Shown one piece after another: positions 18,697 to 28,119 of a stretch of DNA of 64,000 nt. The stretch covers positions 441,068-505,067 of the forward strand of contig CAWBMF010000003.1 in assembly GCA_963789835.1 (NCBI GenBank), in the 5' to 3' direction. Within the stretch, counting starts at the first letter, position 1. Every line of letters begins with the position of its first letter. The translations under genes and the position numbers were made by a program. This DNA comes from an uncultured delta proteobacterium. Lineage in GTDB: Bacteria; Desulfobacterota; Binatia; Binatales; Binataceae. The notes beneath the pieces were generated by a model. The model saw only the letters and a list, made by a program, of their open reading frames with translations. It did no database searches and was not told the origin of the DNA.

Positions 18697-20292
18697 TTAT
18701 GGCTCGAGGCAAAAGACTGGTCCCGGAGCACAGCCCCACCCGCTGAGTTCGTCCCACCAGATGGCTGTTTCTGTCGAGCTTCCAAAAATTTCAGTAGAAG
18801 TTTCTGAACTCCAGTCATCACAGGTATCCGTGAGATTTCCTCTCAGGTTCGGAGCTGTCGAGCCGGTGGACGGGTTCTGATCAAAGACTGTGGAATAGGT
18901 GCCGTCCGCGTGTTGCCAGATGCCGCTGCTGATGGCGCCCATTGCCAGCGAGGGAGCGTCGGCGATTTTGATCCCATCGGGACGCACGAACGGCTTCGAC
19001 CCCACGGTCATGTCGAAGCGTGAAGCTGCGGACGCTGTAGAAGTCGATAGCAGCGCCATAAAGGTGTCGGCATTTGCGAGCCCTGCGCTGGATGCTTCTG
19101 TTTGGCAGATCTTATCGGCCATCGCGATACCAGTGGATGGATCGAGATCTGTTTTCGATACGAAAGCGACTCGGCCGGAAACCGGTGTGTATGTCAGCTG
19201 CTCCGCATGAGACGTATCGAAGCAATAAAGATGCAATTGTTCGTTGTCATTGCAGCCAAAGGCTTCGTTGTCGTCGCTCCACTGGGCCGGGCCGCCGTCG
19301 AAGTGGCCGCTCTCGCCAAATTCTCCGCCGGAAATCGAGGTCCAGTCGTTGCAGGTTCCGTAAGGGCTTAAGGTCCCGGCGTTGGTCGAGCCGGTCCACA
19401 CATCTGAGTTCTCCGCTTCGCGTATGTCGTTGCCGGATTCATCCAGGTCGATGGGGTTCAGGATCTTGCCGGATGTGAGATCTGACGCCTGATCTGCAAT
19501 CGGTGCTCCATCGACCCGAACAAACGCGCGCGCACTTCCGAGCCTGCTAACTGCATCCACTGTCGAGGTCGAAAGCCACGCCTTGTAGGTTCCGGTGGGA
19601 AGCCCTGCATTGTTGGCCAACATCTGGCACGCCGAATCTGCGCCACTTATGCCCGTGCCGTCGATACTGCCGTCATAAACTTGAGAAGTCACGAATACCA
19701 CGTTAACCCCTGGCGAGGGCGTGGCAGTTGGTGTCGCGGTGGATGTTATCGTCGGAGTCGCAGTAGGCGTTGCCGTTGCCGTGGCAGACGCCGTTGCGGT
19801 TTCGGATGCTGTCGCCGTCGGAGTCGCAGTCCCCGTCGGCGTGGCAACCGCCGCGATTCCGATCCCTATCAGCTTCACCTTCTGTGGTTTCCTGACGCCC
19901 GCTTCGGTGAACCTCAACAGCCCATGTTTGAATTCGCCCTTCTTGAGCGGCACGAATGCCACCGAGACGCTGCAAGTGCCGCCCAATGCTGCGATCACGC
20001 CCTTGCATTCGTTGTCTTCGATCGCGAAGCCTGCGCTGATACCCACCGCCGGCGCAGCCAACTCGACGCTGCCGTTATTCGTCAGTGTGACTGTTTGCAG
20101 CGCGCTCATTAATCCCGCCGGCACTTTGCCGAACGTCAGTTTCTTCGGAGATAGTGCGACCGGCCGCTTACTGATCGACGAAATCACAGATTGTGCCGAG
20201 GCGAGGCGGGCCGCCGCAGACAAAATTACGCAAACACCCGCAACTGCTCCGATTCCCCATCTGGCGAGACGGGCAAAGGCGAACTTGAACAC
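18697..20292 (-). CDS. secreted protein with Thr/Ala/Pro linker and two tandem Cys-containing domains
   Basis: Signal peptide, an Ig-like N-terminal domain, a TPTGTATPTATASETATAS... linker, then two homologous modules (ADSACQMLANNAGLPTGTYKAWLSTSTVDAVSRL... and ADKICQTEASSAGLANADTFMALLSTSTASAASRF...). Confidence 0.55.
   Translation of the reverse strand: MFKFAFARLARWGIGAVAGVCVILSAAARLASAQSVISSISKRPVALSPKKLTFGKVPAGLMSALQTVTLTNNGSVELAAPAVGISAGFAIEDNECKGVIAALGGTCSVSVAFVPLKKGEFKHGLLRFTEAGVRKPQKVKLIGIGIAAVATPTGTATPTATASETATASATATATPTATPTITSTATPTATPSPGVNVVFVTSQVYDGSIDGTGISGADSACQMLANNAGLPTGTYKAWLSTSTVDAVSRLGSARAFVRVDGAPIADQASDLTSGKILNPIDLDESGNDIREAENSDVWTGSTNAGTLSPYGTCNDWTSISGGEFGESGHFDGGPAQWSDDNEAFGCNDNEQLHLYCFDTSHAEQLTYTPVSGRVAFVSKTDLDPSTGIAMADKICQTEASSAGLANADTFMALLSTSTASAASRFDMTVGSKPFVRPDGIKIADAPSLAMGAISSGIWQHADGTYSTVFDQNPSTGSTAPNLRGNLTDTCDDWSSETSTEIFGSSTETAIWWDELSGWGCAPGPVFCLEP
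19715..19865 (-). repeat. low-complexity Thr/Ala/Pro-coding tract (GCx/ACx codon repeats) inside the 18697..20292 CDS
   Basis: Plus strand reads gtcgcagtaggcgttgccgttgccgtggcagacgccgttgcggtttcggatgctgtcgccgtcggagtcgcagtccccgtcgg... Confidence 0.6.
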
Positions 20293-20620
20293 AACCCATT
20301 GTTAACACACTTCGAGGGAATAAGACGAAAAGAAAATACCTACGCTATGTGCCGTTGATGCGCAGGCGCTTTGATGATGGGGAACCGAACCATAGCGTCT
20401 TGAACCGAGACGAGTGTGAGGCAGATCATCATTCTTATGTCTTGTTGGGGACGTGATGGAAATTGCCATGAAAGGTGACTATCGCGGCATCGGTGCCGTT
20501 GACCTGAATCAATTCCTTTCCGCTCATTGCGATCAGGTTGTCGCTCTTCATCGCGATGTTTTCATCAGCGTAGATATCTTCCCGCGCATAGAACGGAAAA
20601 ACCCAAAGCAGGTCGTAGTC

Positions 20621-21022
20621 CTACTCGACCAAAGCGTGATTTCGCAGTCGGCTGGTACGGAGTCTCACATCGACCGCCGTGACATGATTGTCGAAGGCAA
20701 CAACGGTCAAATTGCTGTTGCCCAACTCGAATTCGGTGAGCACCAGATCTCCGCCACCTTCAGGACGGTGCCTGTAGCACAGCTGGTAGGTGATAGGTTC
20801 ATCGCGCAGCTGCTTGCCCGTCCAATTCAACGGAGTGAGTGAATCGCGGCCGTCAATCGTTCCTTCCCAGCATCCGTAGAAAGAAGCAGGCAAATCGTAG
20901 TCGAACGAGTCCAGCATGTTCGGCTTCAGAGCGTCCGCGTCGGGATTGGGAGCTGTCGTGCTGCAGCCTGTATAGATGAGCACCGCGAGAACACCGGCGA
21001 AGAGGCTGAATGACCGCGTCAA
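20621..21022 (-). CDS. lipoprotein; frame continues after an in-frame TAG for a further 62 codons (to 20435)
   Basis: Lipobox LIYTGC. After ...NHALVE-TAG the same frame reads DYDLLWVFPFYAREDIYADENIAMKSDNLIAMSGKELIQVNGTDAAIVTFHGNFHHVPNKT up to a TAA at 20435-20437. Confidence 0.4.
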   Translation of the reverse strand: MTRSFSLFAGVLAVLIYTGCSTTAPNPDADALKPNMLDSFDYDLPASFYGCWEGTIDGRDSLTPLNWTGKQLRDEPITYQLCYRHRPEGGGDLVLTEFELGNSNLTVVAFDNHVTAVDVRLRTSRLRNHALVE

Positions 21023-21058
21023 TGGTTCTTGCTGCGCCGCGCCTTGGACTTGCCTGCC

Positions 21059-22414
21059 TCAACAACCCGGCACATTGGTGCAGTTATCGGGCTGGTTGTT
21101 TCGCACGGGGCTGTCCTTGAAGCTCACAACGCCGCTGAAGACGTAGATGCCGCCACCGTCGGTGCTGGCAGTGTTGTCACTGACACGGCTTCCTTCCAGC
21201 GTCAGGGTCCCGTCGTCGGTGATGACGATCCCTCCGCCCAGCCCGCCGATCGGGCCGCTGGCGATGTTCTGAGAGACCCGACTGCGATCCAGGCGCACCG
21301 AACCACCGAATACGGCCAACCCACCGCCCTTTTGGCCGGTGGTGGTTGAGACAGCTTGATTTTCATCTATGGGACTATTTATCAGGGTTAGCCTGCCCCT
21401 ATCATTGGCGACCCCGCCGCCGTCGACGCCTGAGACGTTTTGAGCGATTGGACTGTTGGTTAATTCCGCGCTGGCGTCGAAGCCATTGTTTAGACCGCCG
21501 CCAGTGAGTGATGCCGAGTTACCGCGAATCTGGGTAGATGTAACCGAGACGGTGCCGCCGAGATTGTTAATGCCGCCCCCGATATCGGCCGTATTGCCAG
21601 CGATCAAACTGTTCTTCACGGTCATGGTCGGATTGTTGCGCACCGATGCCATGCGGTTGTTATCGAGCCCGCCGCCACCGGCTAGAGAGCCCTCTGTCGT
21701 GTGGTTGTCGACAATGCTGCAGTGGTTCACTTCAAGTTGACCTTGATTCTCGATGCCGCCTCCACCGCCGGCGGTCCCCACTATTTGGTTGCCACTTATT
21801 ATAGAGTGACTCAGGTACGCTATGCCGAAGTTGCGAAGGCCGGCCCCTGCCGCAACCGGGGGAGTCGGTGGAGGTGGAGGGGGCGGAGGTGGAGGCGGAG
21901 GCGGAGGTATCGTGGCTTCGTTGTCAATTACCTTGCAACGAATCAGCGTGAGCGTTCCATCGACGTCGTTGGCGATGCCCCCAGAAGCCTCTTGCCCTAC
22001 GTTTTGGCTGACGGTCACGTCGATAAGCTTCAGGGTGCCGTGATTCAGTATCCCGCCGGCAGCCAGACCTTTACCATTCGTGATGGTCACGCCGCTGATG
22101 GTTACGTCGTAATCGGTATCAACCTCCAGCACCAAGTCCTGCTGGTTTCCATCGACGATCGTCGTGAGCGCGCCCGAACCCTGCAGGGTTAGTCGCTTGG
22201 CCGCAGTGGGTGGGAGGATGCGCGGAGTCTCGGTGTAGGTCCCCGGAGCAATCTTGATGGTGTCACCTGTCTGGGCGGCGTCAATAGCGGCCTGGATGGT
22301 TGAGTATGGACAGCCATTGGCGCAGACGCGCAACTTGCCAGCCAAGGCGGTCGACGGGCGAATCCCTACGACAGCGATTGCCGCAACTAGAAGCATGACG
22401 AAGCGCATCCGCAT
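21059..22414 (-). CDS. secreted right-handed parallel beta-helix repeat protein with internal poly-proline tract
   Basis: Signal peptide MRMRFVMLLVAAIAVVG...ALA and CANGCPYSTIQAAIDAAQTGDTIKIAPGTY (pectate-lyase-like cap). Repeated NxxxxGGG(I/L)xN units. Central PPPPPPPPPPPPPPTPP. Confidence 0.6.
   Translation of the reverse strand: MRMRFVMLLVAAIAVVGIRPSTALAGKLRVCANGCPYSTIQAAIDAAQTGDTIKIAPGTYTETPRILPPTAAKRLTLQGSGALTTIVDGNQQDLVLEVDTDYDVTISGVTITNGKGLAAGGILNHGTLKLIDVTVSQNVGQEASGGIANDVDGTLTLIRCKVIDNEATIPPPPPPPPPPPPPPTPPVAAGAGLRNFGIAYLSHSIISGNQIVGTAGGGGGIENQGQLEVNHCSIVDNHTTEGSLAGGGGLDNNRMASVRNNPTMTVKNSLIAGNTADIGGGINNLGGTVSVTSTQIRGNSASLTGGGLNNGFDASAELTNSPIAQNVSGVDGGGVANDRGRLTLINSPIDENQAVSTTTGQKGGGLAVFGGSVRLDRSRVSQNIASGPIGGLGGGIVITDDGTLTLEGSRVSDNTASTDGGGIYVFSGVVSFKDSPVRNNQPDNCTNVPGC
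21838..21905 (-). repeat. GGN/CCN trinucleotide tract encoding a 14-Pro run
   Basis: Plus strand ggaggtggagggggcggaggtggaggcggaggcggaggt. Minus-strand translation PPPPPPPPPPPPPPTPP. Confidence 0.7.
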
Positions 22415-22793
22415 TTCCCAAACCCCCTGGCGCACCAATCAGGTCACAGAACGAACAGCAATGAATCGGCTCAATAGACTCATCATTCGGGATCACGAGT
22501 CAAATGCCGCCGGTTCTGTCCGGAGCCGCGAACAAGGTGATCCAGGTGGTTTGGCTACCGCTTAGCGCGCACCGAGCGTTACGATCTGCGGCATCCGCGA
22601 ACGCACTTCTTGCGCCGCCCCGGTTGGACTTATCGGACGTTCCGGGGCTGACCTATCGCAAGCGGTACATCGACAATTTCTCGTGGCTCGACGAGTTAGA
22701 GCTCGACGCTTGAGAGGTACAAGAGGTGGCCATTGTATGATTCAAGGTTCGACGGAAAAATCGTACGGCGGCTCCGTTCTGCAGGGATGCTTC

Positions 22794-23432
22794 CTAACAC
22801 CCACGTCCGGGAGGCTCACAAGGGAAACAACAACCACCATCGCAACAACCTTTGGAATAACACCTCGCGGTCCCGCATTTGTGGGACGGAGCCGGACGCG
22901 GAACGTGTAAGTGGTCCAGCATAAAGAGAGTTCCAATTCCGGTTTGTGGATCATAGGTCAACCGCCGAGTGCCCTTTCCCCACCCGAGGTTGACGGAAAC
23001 TACGGTCGGGCCGTGGAATATATCTTCGGAGTCAGACAACGAACAAGTCAGACCTGAATAACTCACCGAAAAGCCACCCAATATGCCGCTGGTTTCTATT
23101 TCGTCATTACCAAAGGTATTGCAGCAGGTCTGCATTCCATGGGGCGCACAGTCCGTCATCTGAAAATTTCCAGAAGAAGTCACGCTGTGCTTCCCATCTC
23201 CAGAACTGCCCTCGAACTGAAGGCAGATCGCATCGGAGTCGCAAGAAGAATATGGAGAGAGGGTAACCGCCATCTTCTTGCGAAATGTAACCTCTTCGTG
23301 ATGAATCCCGCTGGGATTGCGAGCGGAATTGTCGTCCAGGTCCTGCGCAAAGACAGATTGCACCGCAAGCGCAATTGGGATTAGTGCCGCCAGTAAAATC
23401 CACCGGCCTCTATTCGTTTTGAGCAGTGTCAT
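22794..23432 (-). CDS. secreted Cys-rich protein, unknown function
   Basis: Start MTLLKTNRGRWILLAALIPIALAVQSVFAQ (signal peptide) overlaps the upstream gene stop (ATGA at 23429-23432). C-terminus reads CYSKGCCDGGCCFPCEPPGRGC. Confidence 0.45.
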   Translation of the reverse strand: MTLLKTNRGRWILLAALIPIALAVQSVFAQDLDDNSARNPSGIHHEEVTFRKKMAVTLSPYSSCDSDAICLQFEGSSGDGKHSVTSSGNFQMTDCAPHGMQTCCNTFGNDEIETSGILGGFSVSYSGLTCSLSDSEDIFHGPTVVSVNLGWGKGTRRLTYDPQTGIGTLFMLDHLHVPRPAPSHKCGTARCYSKGCCDGGCCFPCEPPGRGC

Positions 23433-25594
23433 AATTTCCCCCCTTCGATGAGAGATGAACCGAAAGACGCGGTTCGCGCGGTGGTCGCTTCCTCTGGCGT
23501 CGACGGCGCTGGCATCCATGTTGGCGCATCCACGACGTAGCCGTTGTGAGCGGGAACTTGCACAGAAATCGACATTGTCGTCGGTGCGTAATCAGTGGGA
23601 GTGTGAGCGATGAACCCGATGGCGTAAGAATGCCGATCGCCGATCTCGCCCTCGATTTCTTCGCAAGCTTTTTTCAGCGCTGCACCGTCGCCAACTTTCT
23701 GGATTAAATAACTCTTGCCGCCGTTCGCACTGGCAAGTCGCGAGAGCGTAACGGTATCGACATGTTCGGAGTCGTCTCCACTCATAACAAAAGGCCCCAT
23801 CATTACGCTCGTTCCGCGTGGCGCGTTCGGATCTCCAATTCCGATCGAGTACACGAGCACGCCGCTACTCTTCGCCGCCTGCACGACCTCATCAGCGGTC
23901 GAGGAACTGGTGTTGTCCATGCCGTCCGTTATCACCAGCAAGACTTTTTTCTGATTGTGGGACTGCTCGACCTCGGCAATACCTTGCTTGATCGTGTCGA
24001 ACAGCGCGGTCTGGCCGTATGCGTGAAGCAAGTCGAGTCGTTGAATCACGGCCTGGTGGTCGTTGGTGAGCGGTTGTAACCGATATGGTTTATTTGAAAA
24101 CGCGAAGAGGAACACGTCGTCCTGTGGGTCGAGCGTCTTGACGAACTGTTCGATCGCGGCGCGAGCCTGCGGCAGCTTCGGAACCATACTGCCGGAAGTG
24201 TCGACCAGGATTCCGACCGCCGCCGGAGATTCTTCGCCAGCGCGAAAGAAATCGATTGGTAGCGGAGCACCATTGAGGGAAAGCTTGAAGTCGTTCTTGC
24301 TCAATCCCTCGACATAGCTGCCGTCGGGTTTTGCGACCGTCGCCGCGATTTCGGTATAGCCAGGAAGAGTGCGAATCGATTCGGGCGCGACAATGTCTGT
24401 CAAAGTGCCGACCTCGCGCTTCGGCATGGCCGGCCTGGCGGCGGCCTCGGCGAGCATTTCCGACGGCACCATTTCGGCGCGGACTACCCCGCCGGAATTG
24501 TTCGCAAGAGTCACGGTCGGCGCGGTCTTTCCTGGCGGCTGATCGACACCTAACTCATAGCCGCTGCCGAGTTCTTTGTTGATCGTAGTGACGGCCTCCG
24601 CCAGCGAAGATCCTTGATCAGAATCCACCGGCCTGGCGAACAGCACCCATCCGCCACCATCCGCAGCCAACTTCTTCACAGCGCCGGCATCGAGCCGAGT
24701 CGTGCCGCGCAGTTTCGCCAAGAGTCCTTCCTGCGCATCCGGATCGCCGATTCCAATCACCCAGAACGAGACGCCGCTCTCCCGAAGCTGCGCGAGCACC
24801 GGAGCGCTTTGGTCGATCGCCGCCTGGTCGAGGCCATCGGTCATCAGTACCAGCGCGCGATTTGGATAGTGTGCACCAGCGAGAGTCTCAAGCCCCATCC
24901 TAAGACCTTCGGAAAGCCGTTTCTCGCCCGAGGGAATCACCGAATACATTTTTTGCAGCGCAAGCGATTTGTCCGTCGTGAACGTCTGCGCGAGCGTTAC
25001 GGCGCCCAACGGCTGCTGAGCGATGGAAGAGGGATCGTTCAGGTATTTACCCCCAATCAGCACGAGAGCGACTTCGTCGCATTGGTTGAGCTGGCCTTCA
25101 GCCTGGTTCAGACCGCTTCGTGCCCTCTCAAGATTCTCCTGCGACGAAACGACGGTCTTCCGGTACATGCTTTCAGAAACATCGCCAACAATAACCAGAG
25201 AGACTGGGTTCGCGAGGGTGGATTCCTGACGAAAATAGACGATTGGATCCGGGTTCGGACCGGACCGCACTGCGAAATCGCCTTTTTTTAAGCCGTCGAG
25301 CGGCGCACCGTTCGCGTCCGTCAGCAAAACGGCCAGCTGCGTGTACCCCGGTTTGGAAAGGATGCCAGCGGCCGGGAGATCTGGCAGCCGGCAAAGTTCG
25401 AGCGGGGCGGGGGCCGCACTTGTCGCAGATGACGCGTTTGCGCTCGTGGCTGCCGCGTTTGGCGATCCGGGCGCAGGCTGACTCGCAGCGCCGCAACCCG
25501 CGATTACTCCTGCACAGGCCAGCAATACCAGGTATCGTTCAAAACATCGTTGGCGCATTGCCGGAATCCCCCCAACGATGATCTCGTATCGCAA
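23429..25594 (-). CDS. lipoprotein with two tandem von Willebrand factor A (VWA) domains
   Basis: Lipobox LLACAGVIAGC. Two repeats of the pattern VxLVxDxSxSM...TALxDxI...LLxITDGxD...GVxxYxIGIGDP (MIDAS-like DxSxS). Confidence 0.65.
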   Translation of the reverse strand: MRYEIIVGGIPAMRQRCFERYLVLLACAGVIAGCGAASQPAPGSPNAAATSANASSATSAAPAPLELCRLPDLPAAGILSKPGYTQLAVLLTDANGAPLDGLKKGDFAVRSGPNPDPIVYFRQESTLANPVSLVIVGDVSESMYRKTVVSSQENLERARSGLNQAEGQLNQCDEVALVLIGGKYLNDPSSIAQQPLGAVTLAQTFTTDKSLALQKMYSVIPSGEKRLSEGLRMGLETLAGAHYPNRALVLMTDGLDQAAIDQSAPVLAQLRESGVSFWVIGIGDPDAQEGLLAKLRGTTRLDAGAVKKLAADGGGWVLFARPVDSDQGSSLAEAVTTINKELGSGYELGVDQPPGKTAPTVTLANNSGGVVRAEMVPSEMLAEAAARPAMPKREVGTLTDIVAPESIRTLPGYTEIAATVAKPDGSYVEGLSKNDFKLSLNGAPLPIDFFRAGEESPAAVGILVDTSGSMVPKLPQARAAIEQFVKTLDPQDDVFLFAFSNKPYRLQPLTNDHQAVIQRLDLLHAYGQTALFDTIKQGIAEVEQSHNQKKVLLVITDGMDNTSSSTADEVVQAAKSSGVLVYSIGIGDPNAPRGTSVMMGPFVMSGDDSEHVDTVTLSRLASANGGKSYLIQKVGDGAALKKACEEIEGEIGDRHSYAIGFIAHTPTDYAPTTMSISVQVPAHNGYVVDAPTWMPAPSTPEEATTARTASFGSSLIEGGKL

Positions 25595-26264
25595 CTGACG
25601 ACAAAGATCGAGATCAACTGCTTGTCATGCGGATGGCGGTGACGGGCGTCACGCCGGTGGGCCAGCATGCAGTCACGACAAAGAGATTCGCGACGTGTCC
25701 GCGATGATCATTCTGTCTCGTAAAACGGCAACCGGAAGCAAGCTAAAGAGGCAATCACCATAGCTCGTGCCACGATAAACATCGCGGACAAGAGCCTGGC
25801 TACTCGCACTGATCGTGGGCTCCATGAAGCTGTCTCCTTGACTAACGGAAACGAGCCGTGGATGGCCCGCATTAGTGTGCGCAGCGGAATGTTATTTTGG
25901 ATTTTCAGGTAGAGAGCTCGATCCCTCGGGAAGCGTCCGATCTCCGAAAACGTTATTGGGAAGGCCGCGCAGTTCGCAATTGCGGCTCGAACCGCATCTA
26001 TGTCCCGATCGTCTAAAGGAGGGGTTCGCCACGGATACACCGACGCGACAGTGCGCTGTAGATTTGAGTCCGGCGAAAATCTGGAGCATCTTTCTCCAAT
26101 GAGAGATGGGTTCGGACTTCATTGTAATATGAAGCGTAAGCCTTCAGGACATTCCCAACTCCCTCTTGAATCAAACCCATCGCAGGGCCATAGGCGCTCC
26201 GCGTCTAACCCTGCACACCGATAGTTTCCAAGGACCTCGCCTCGTCTGTGTCAGATCAACCTGA

Positions 26265-27249
26265 TCAGTCGGTGGTCAATATGTTGAACCCAGGCTCGCT
26301 GCGAGTCTGAGTACTGACAGGCACATCAGTGATGATAAGCGTCGTTCCTGGCGAAACTGCTTTGCGCAGGTCTTCAAGAAATTCCGGTGCAATGGTCACC
26401 TGCTTCACGAGTGCCTTGATATCTGGAGCCCGGGCGCTGCCGAAGCTGGAGGTCGATGTCCAGTCCCGGAGTCCGTTCGCGTCGATTTTGTCGAGGGCTG
26501 AGTAGACATAGCTTCCAGAGCCCGGGGCCAGACCTGTCGAGGGCACAGCGGCGCGTCCGATCTCAATTCCATTGCGGTAAGCGTAGATCTGATGATCCGC
26601 TGTACTCAATATAATAGACAAAGGGCCGGTCGGGGCTTTCTCCGGATGCCACTCAAAACTACCTGCTGCCAGTGGCGGCGTGGAGGACTCGCCGGTCTTG
26701 CCCGATAGCAGGCGCCCGGGCTCCGCTGTTTCGCCCGGCGCAAATTTGTCGTCAGTAATGATTACGTTCGTACCGTTGTTCGTGACGGAATAGAGCTTCT
26801 CGGCGAAATCAATCGGCAGCCGCACACATCCGTGCGACGCGGGATAGCCGGGCAAGTTACCGGCGTGCATCGCAATGCCGGTCCACGTCAGCCGCTGCAT
26901 ATGCGGCATCTTTGCCCCTTTGTAGATACTCGACTCGTGACGGACCTTCTTCTGCAAGATAGTGAACATTCCGGTCGGAGTCGGATGACCTTTCGTTCCG
27001 GTGCTGACCGTCGAGCGACCGATGCGGACGCCGTTGCGGTAGACGTACATTTGCTGTTCCGGAAGGCTGACGATGATCACGACTGGTCCAGCGGGCGAAA
27101 TCTCAGGATGCCAGAGGTAATCACCGGGCTTGAACTCGGTCGTCAAAGGCTCAACGGCGCGGCCCTTTGTATGTCCAGCCGCATTTGCTGTCAGCGACCC
27201 ACTAAGAATGAGAACGAGGATGGCCAGGAGTGCGAGCTGCCGTTTCATT
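26265..27249 (-). CDS. L,D-transpeptidase with two tandem YkuD domains
   Basis: Signal peptide MKRQLALLAILVLILSGSLTANA. Catalytic motif ASHGCVRLP. A second homologous domain (WHPExxPxGPxxIIxS...YxYRNGxxIGR) lacks a clear Cys motif. Confidence 0.65.
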
Positions 27250-27517
27250 GCGTATGGATGAAAGATGCGGCGAATGTTGACTCGGAAATGGCGCGGCACT
27301 TCAAGTCTGGGATTAGACATCGACCACTCTTCCTTGGCGGCGCGCTCCTGTAAATCAGACCTTGGTCTGATTCGCCCCACGCGCCCGGTTAAAACTCGTT
27401 TTAATACTGAATGAAGTCGGTTGGCGATTCTTGTAACGCATTTGCGGCGTTGTCGTACGGACCATGGTCGGATATTGCATCCGACCGATATATGCAATCC
27501 TTTTAACCGAGGAACTG

Positions 27518-27904
27518 ATGACTGAGATAGTCACGCCTAAGCCGATCATCATTGTCGTCGACGATGATCCGTCGATACTGAAAGCCTTGCGCCGGCTTGT
27601 CTCCGGGGCCGGCTTCGAAGTTCGGACCTTCGATCGTCCGAGCGCGCTGCTCAGCAGCGATTTACCAAAGGCGGGGGCCTGCCTCATAGTTGATATCGAT
27701 CTGCCGGAGATGAACGGCGTGGAGTTATGCGAAACGCTTGCGGCGTCTGGATGCAGACTTCCGGTCATCCTAATCACAGCCCACACGGATGGGGAAACTC
27801 GGCGGCTGGCGGAAGGTGCTTTTCCAACAGCTCTGCTCATCAAGCCATTCGGTCGGGAACTCTTGGTGAATTCGATCGAGAGCGCGTTGCTCGCGGGCCG
27901 ATAG
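27518..27904 (+). CDS. stand-alone response-regulator receiver (REC) protein
   Basis: IIIVVDDDPSILKALRRLV...CLIVDIDLPEMNGVELCETL...LIKPF. CheY-like Asp pocket. Confidence 0.65.
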   Translation: MTEIVTPKPIIIVVDDDPSILKALRRLVSGAGFEVRTFDRPSALLSSDLPKAGACLIVDIDLPEMNGVELCETLAASGCRLPVILITAHTDGETRRLAEGAFPTALLIKPFGRELLVNSIESALLAGR

Positions 27905-28119
27905 TTGTTCGAGTAGGTTCCACTGGATATACCCCCGATAGACCGGATCCAGCCCGCGCCGAACGAACTCTACAATTCGGCGGATTTTCCGCTTGACAGA
28001 TGATTGGATCTGACACTACTTGTGCTGTTACGTCGCTTCAACCGGTCTTCTTTTGCTTCATACAATCGACGGGATTCGATCGGCTGGCAGTTGATTGACA
28101 TAGCGCTGGTGCCATCGAA

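Noticed and set aside
25708-26040. 110-aa minus ORF in the VWA to L,D-transpeptidase spacer
   Set aside because: No signal, motif or coupling. The region is relatively AT-rich and is more likely the promoter or terminator spacer.
27355-27843. 162-aa minus ORF
   Set aside because: Overlaps the REC-domain gene on the plus strand, which has clear family motifs. The minus translation is Ser/Arg-rich and featureless.
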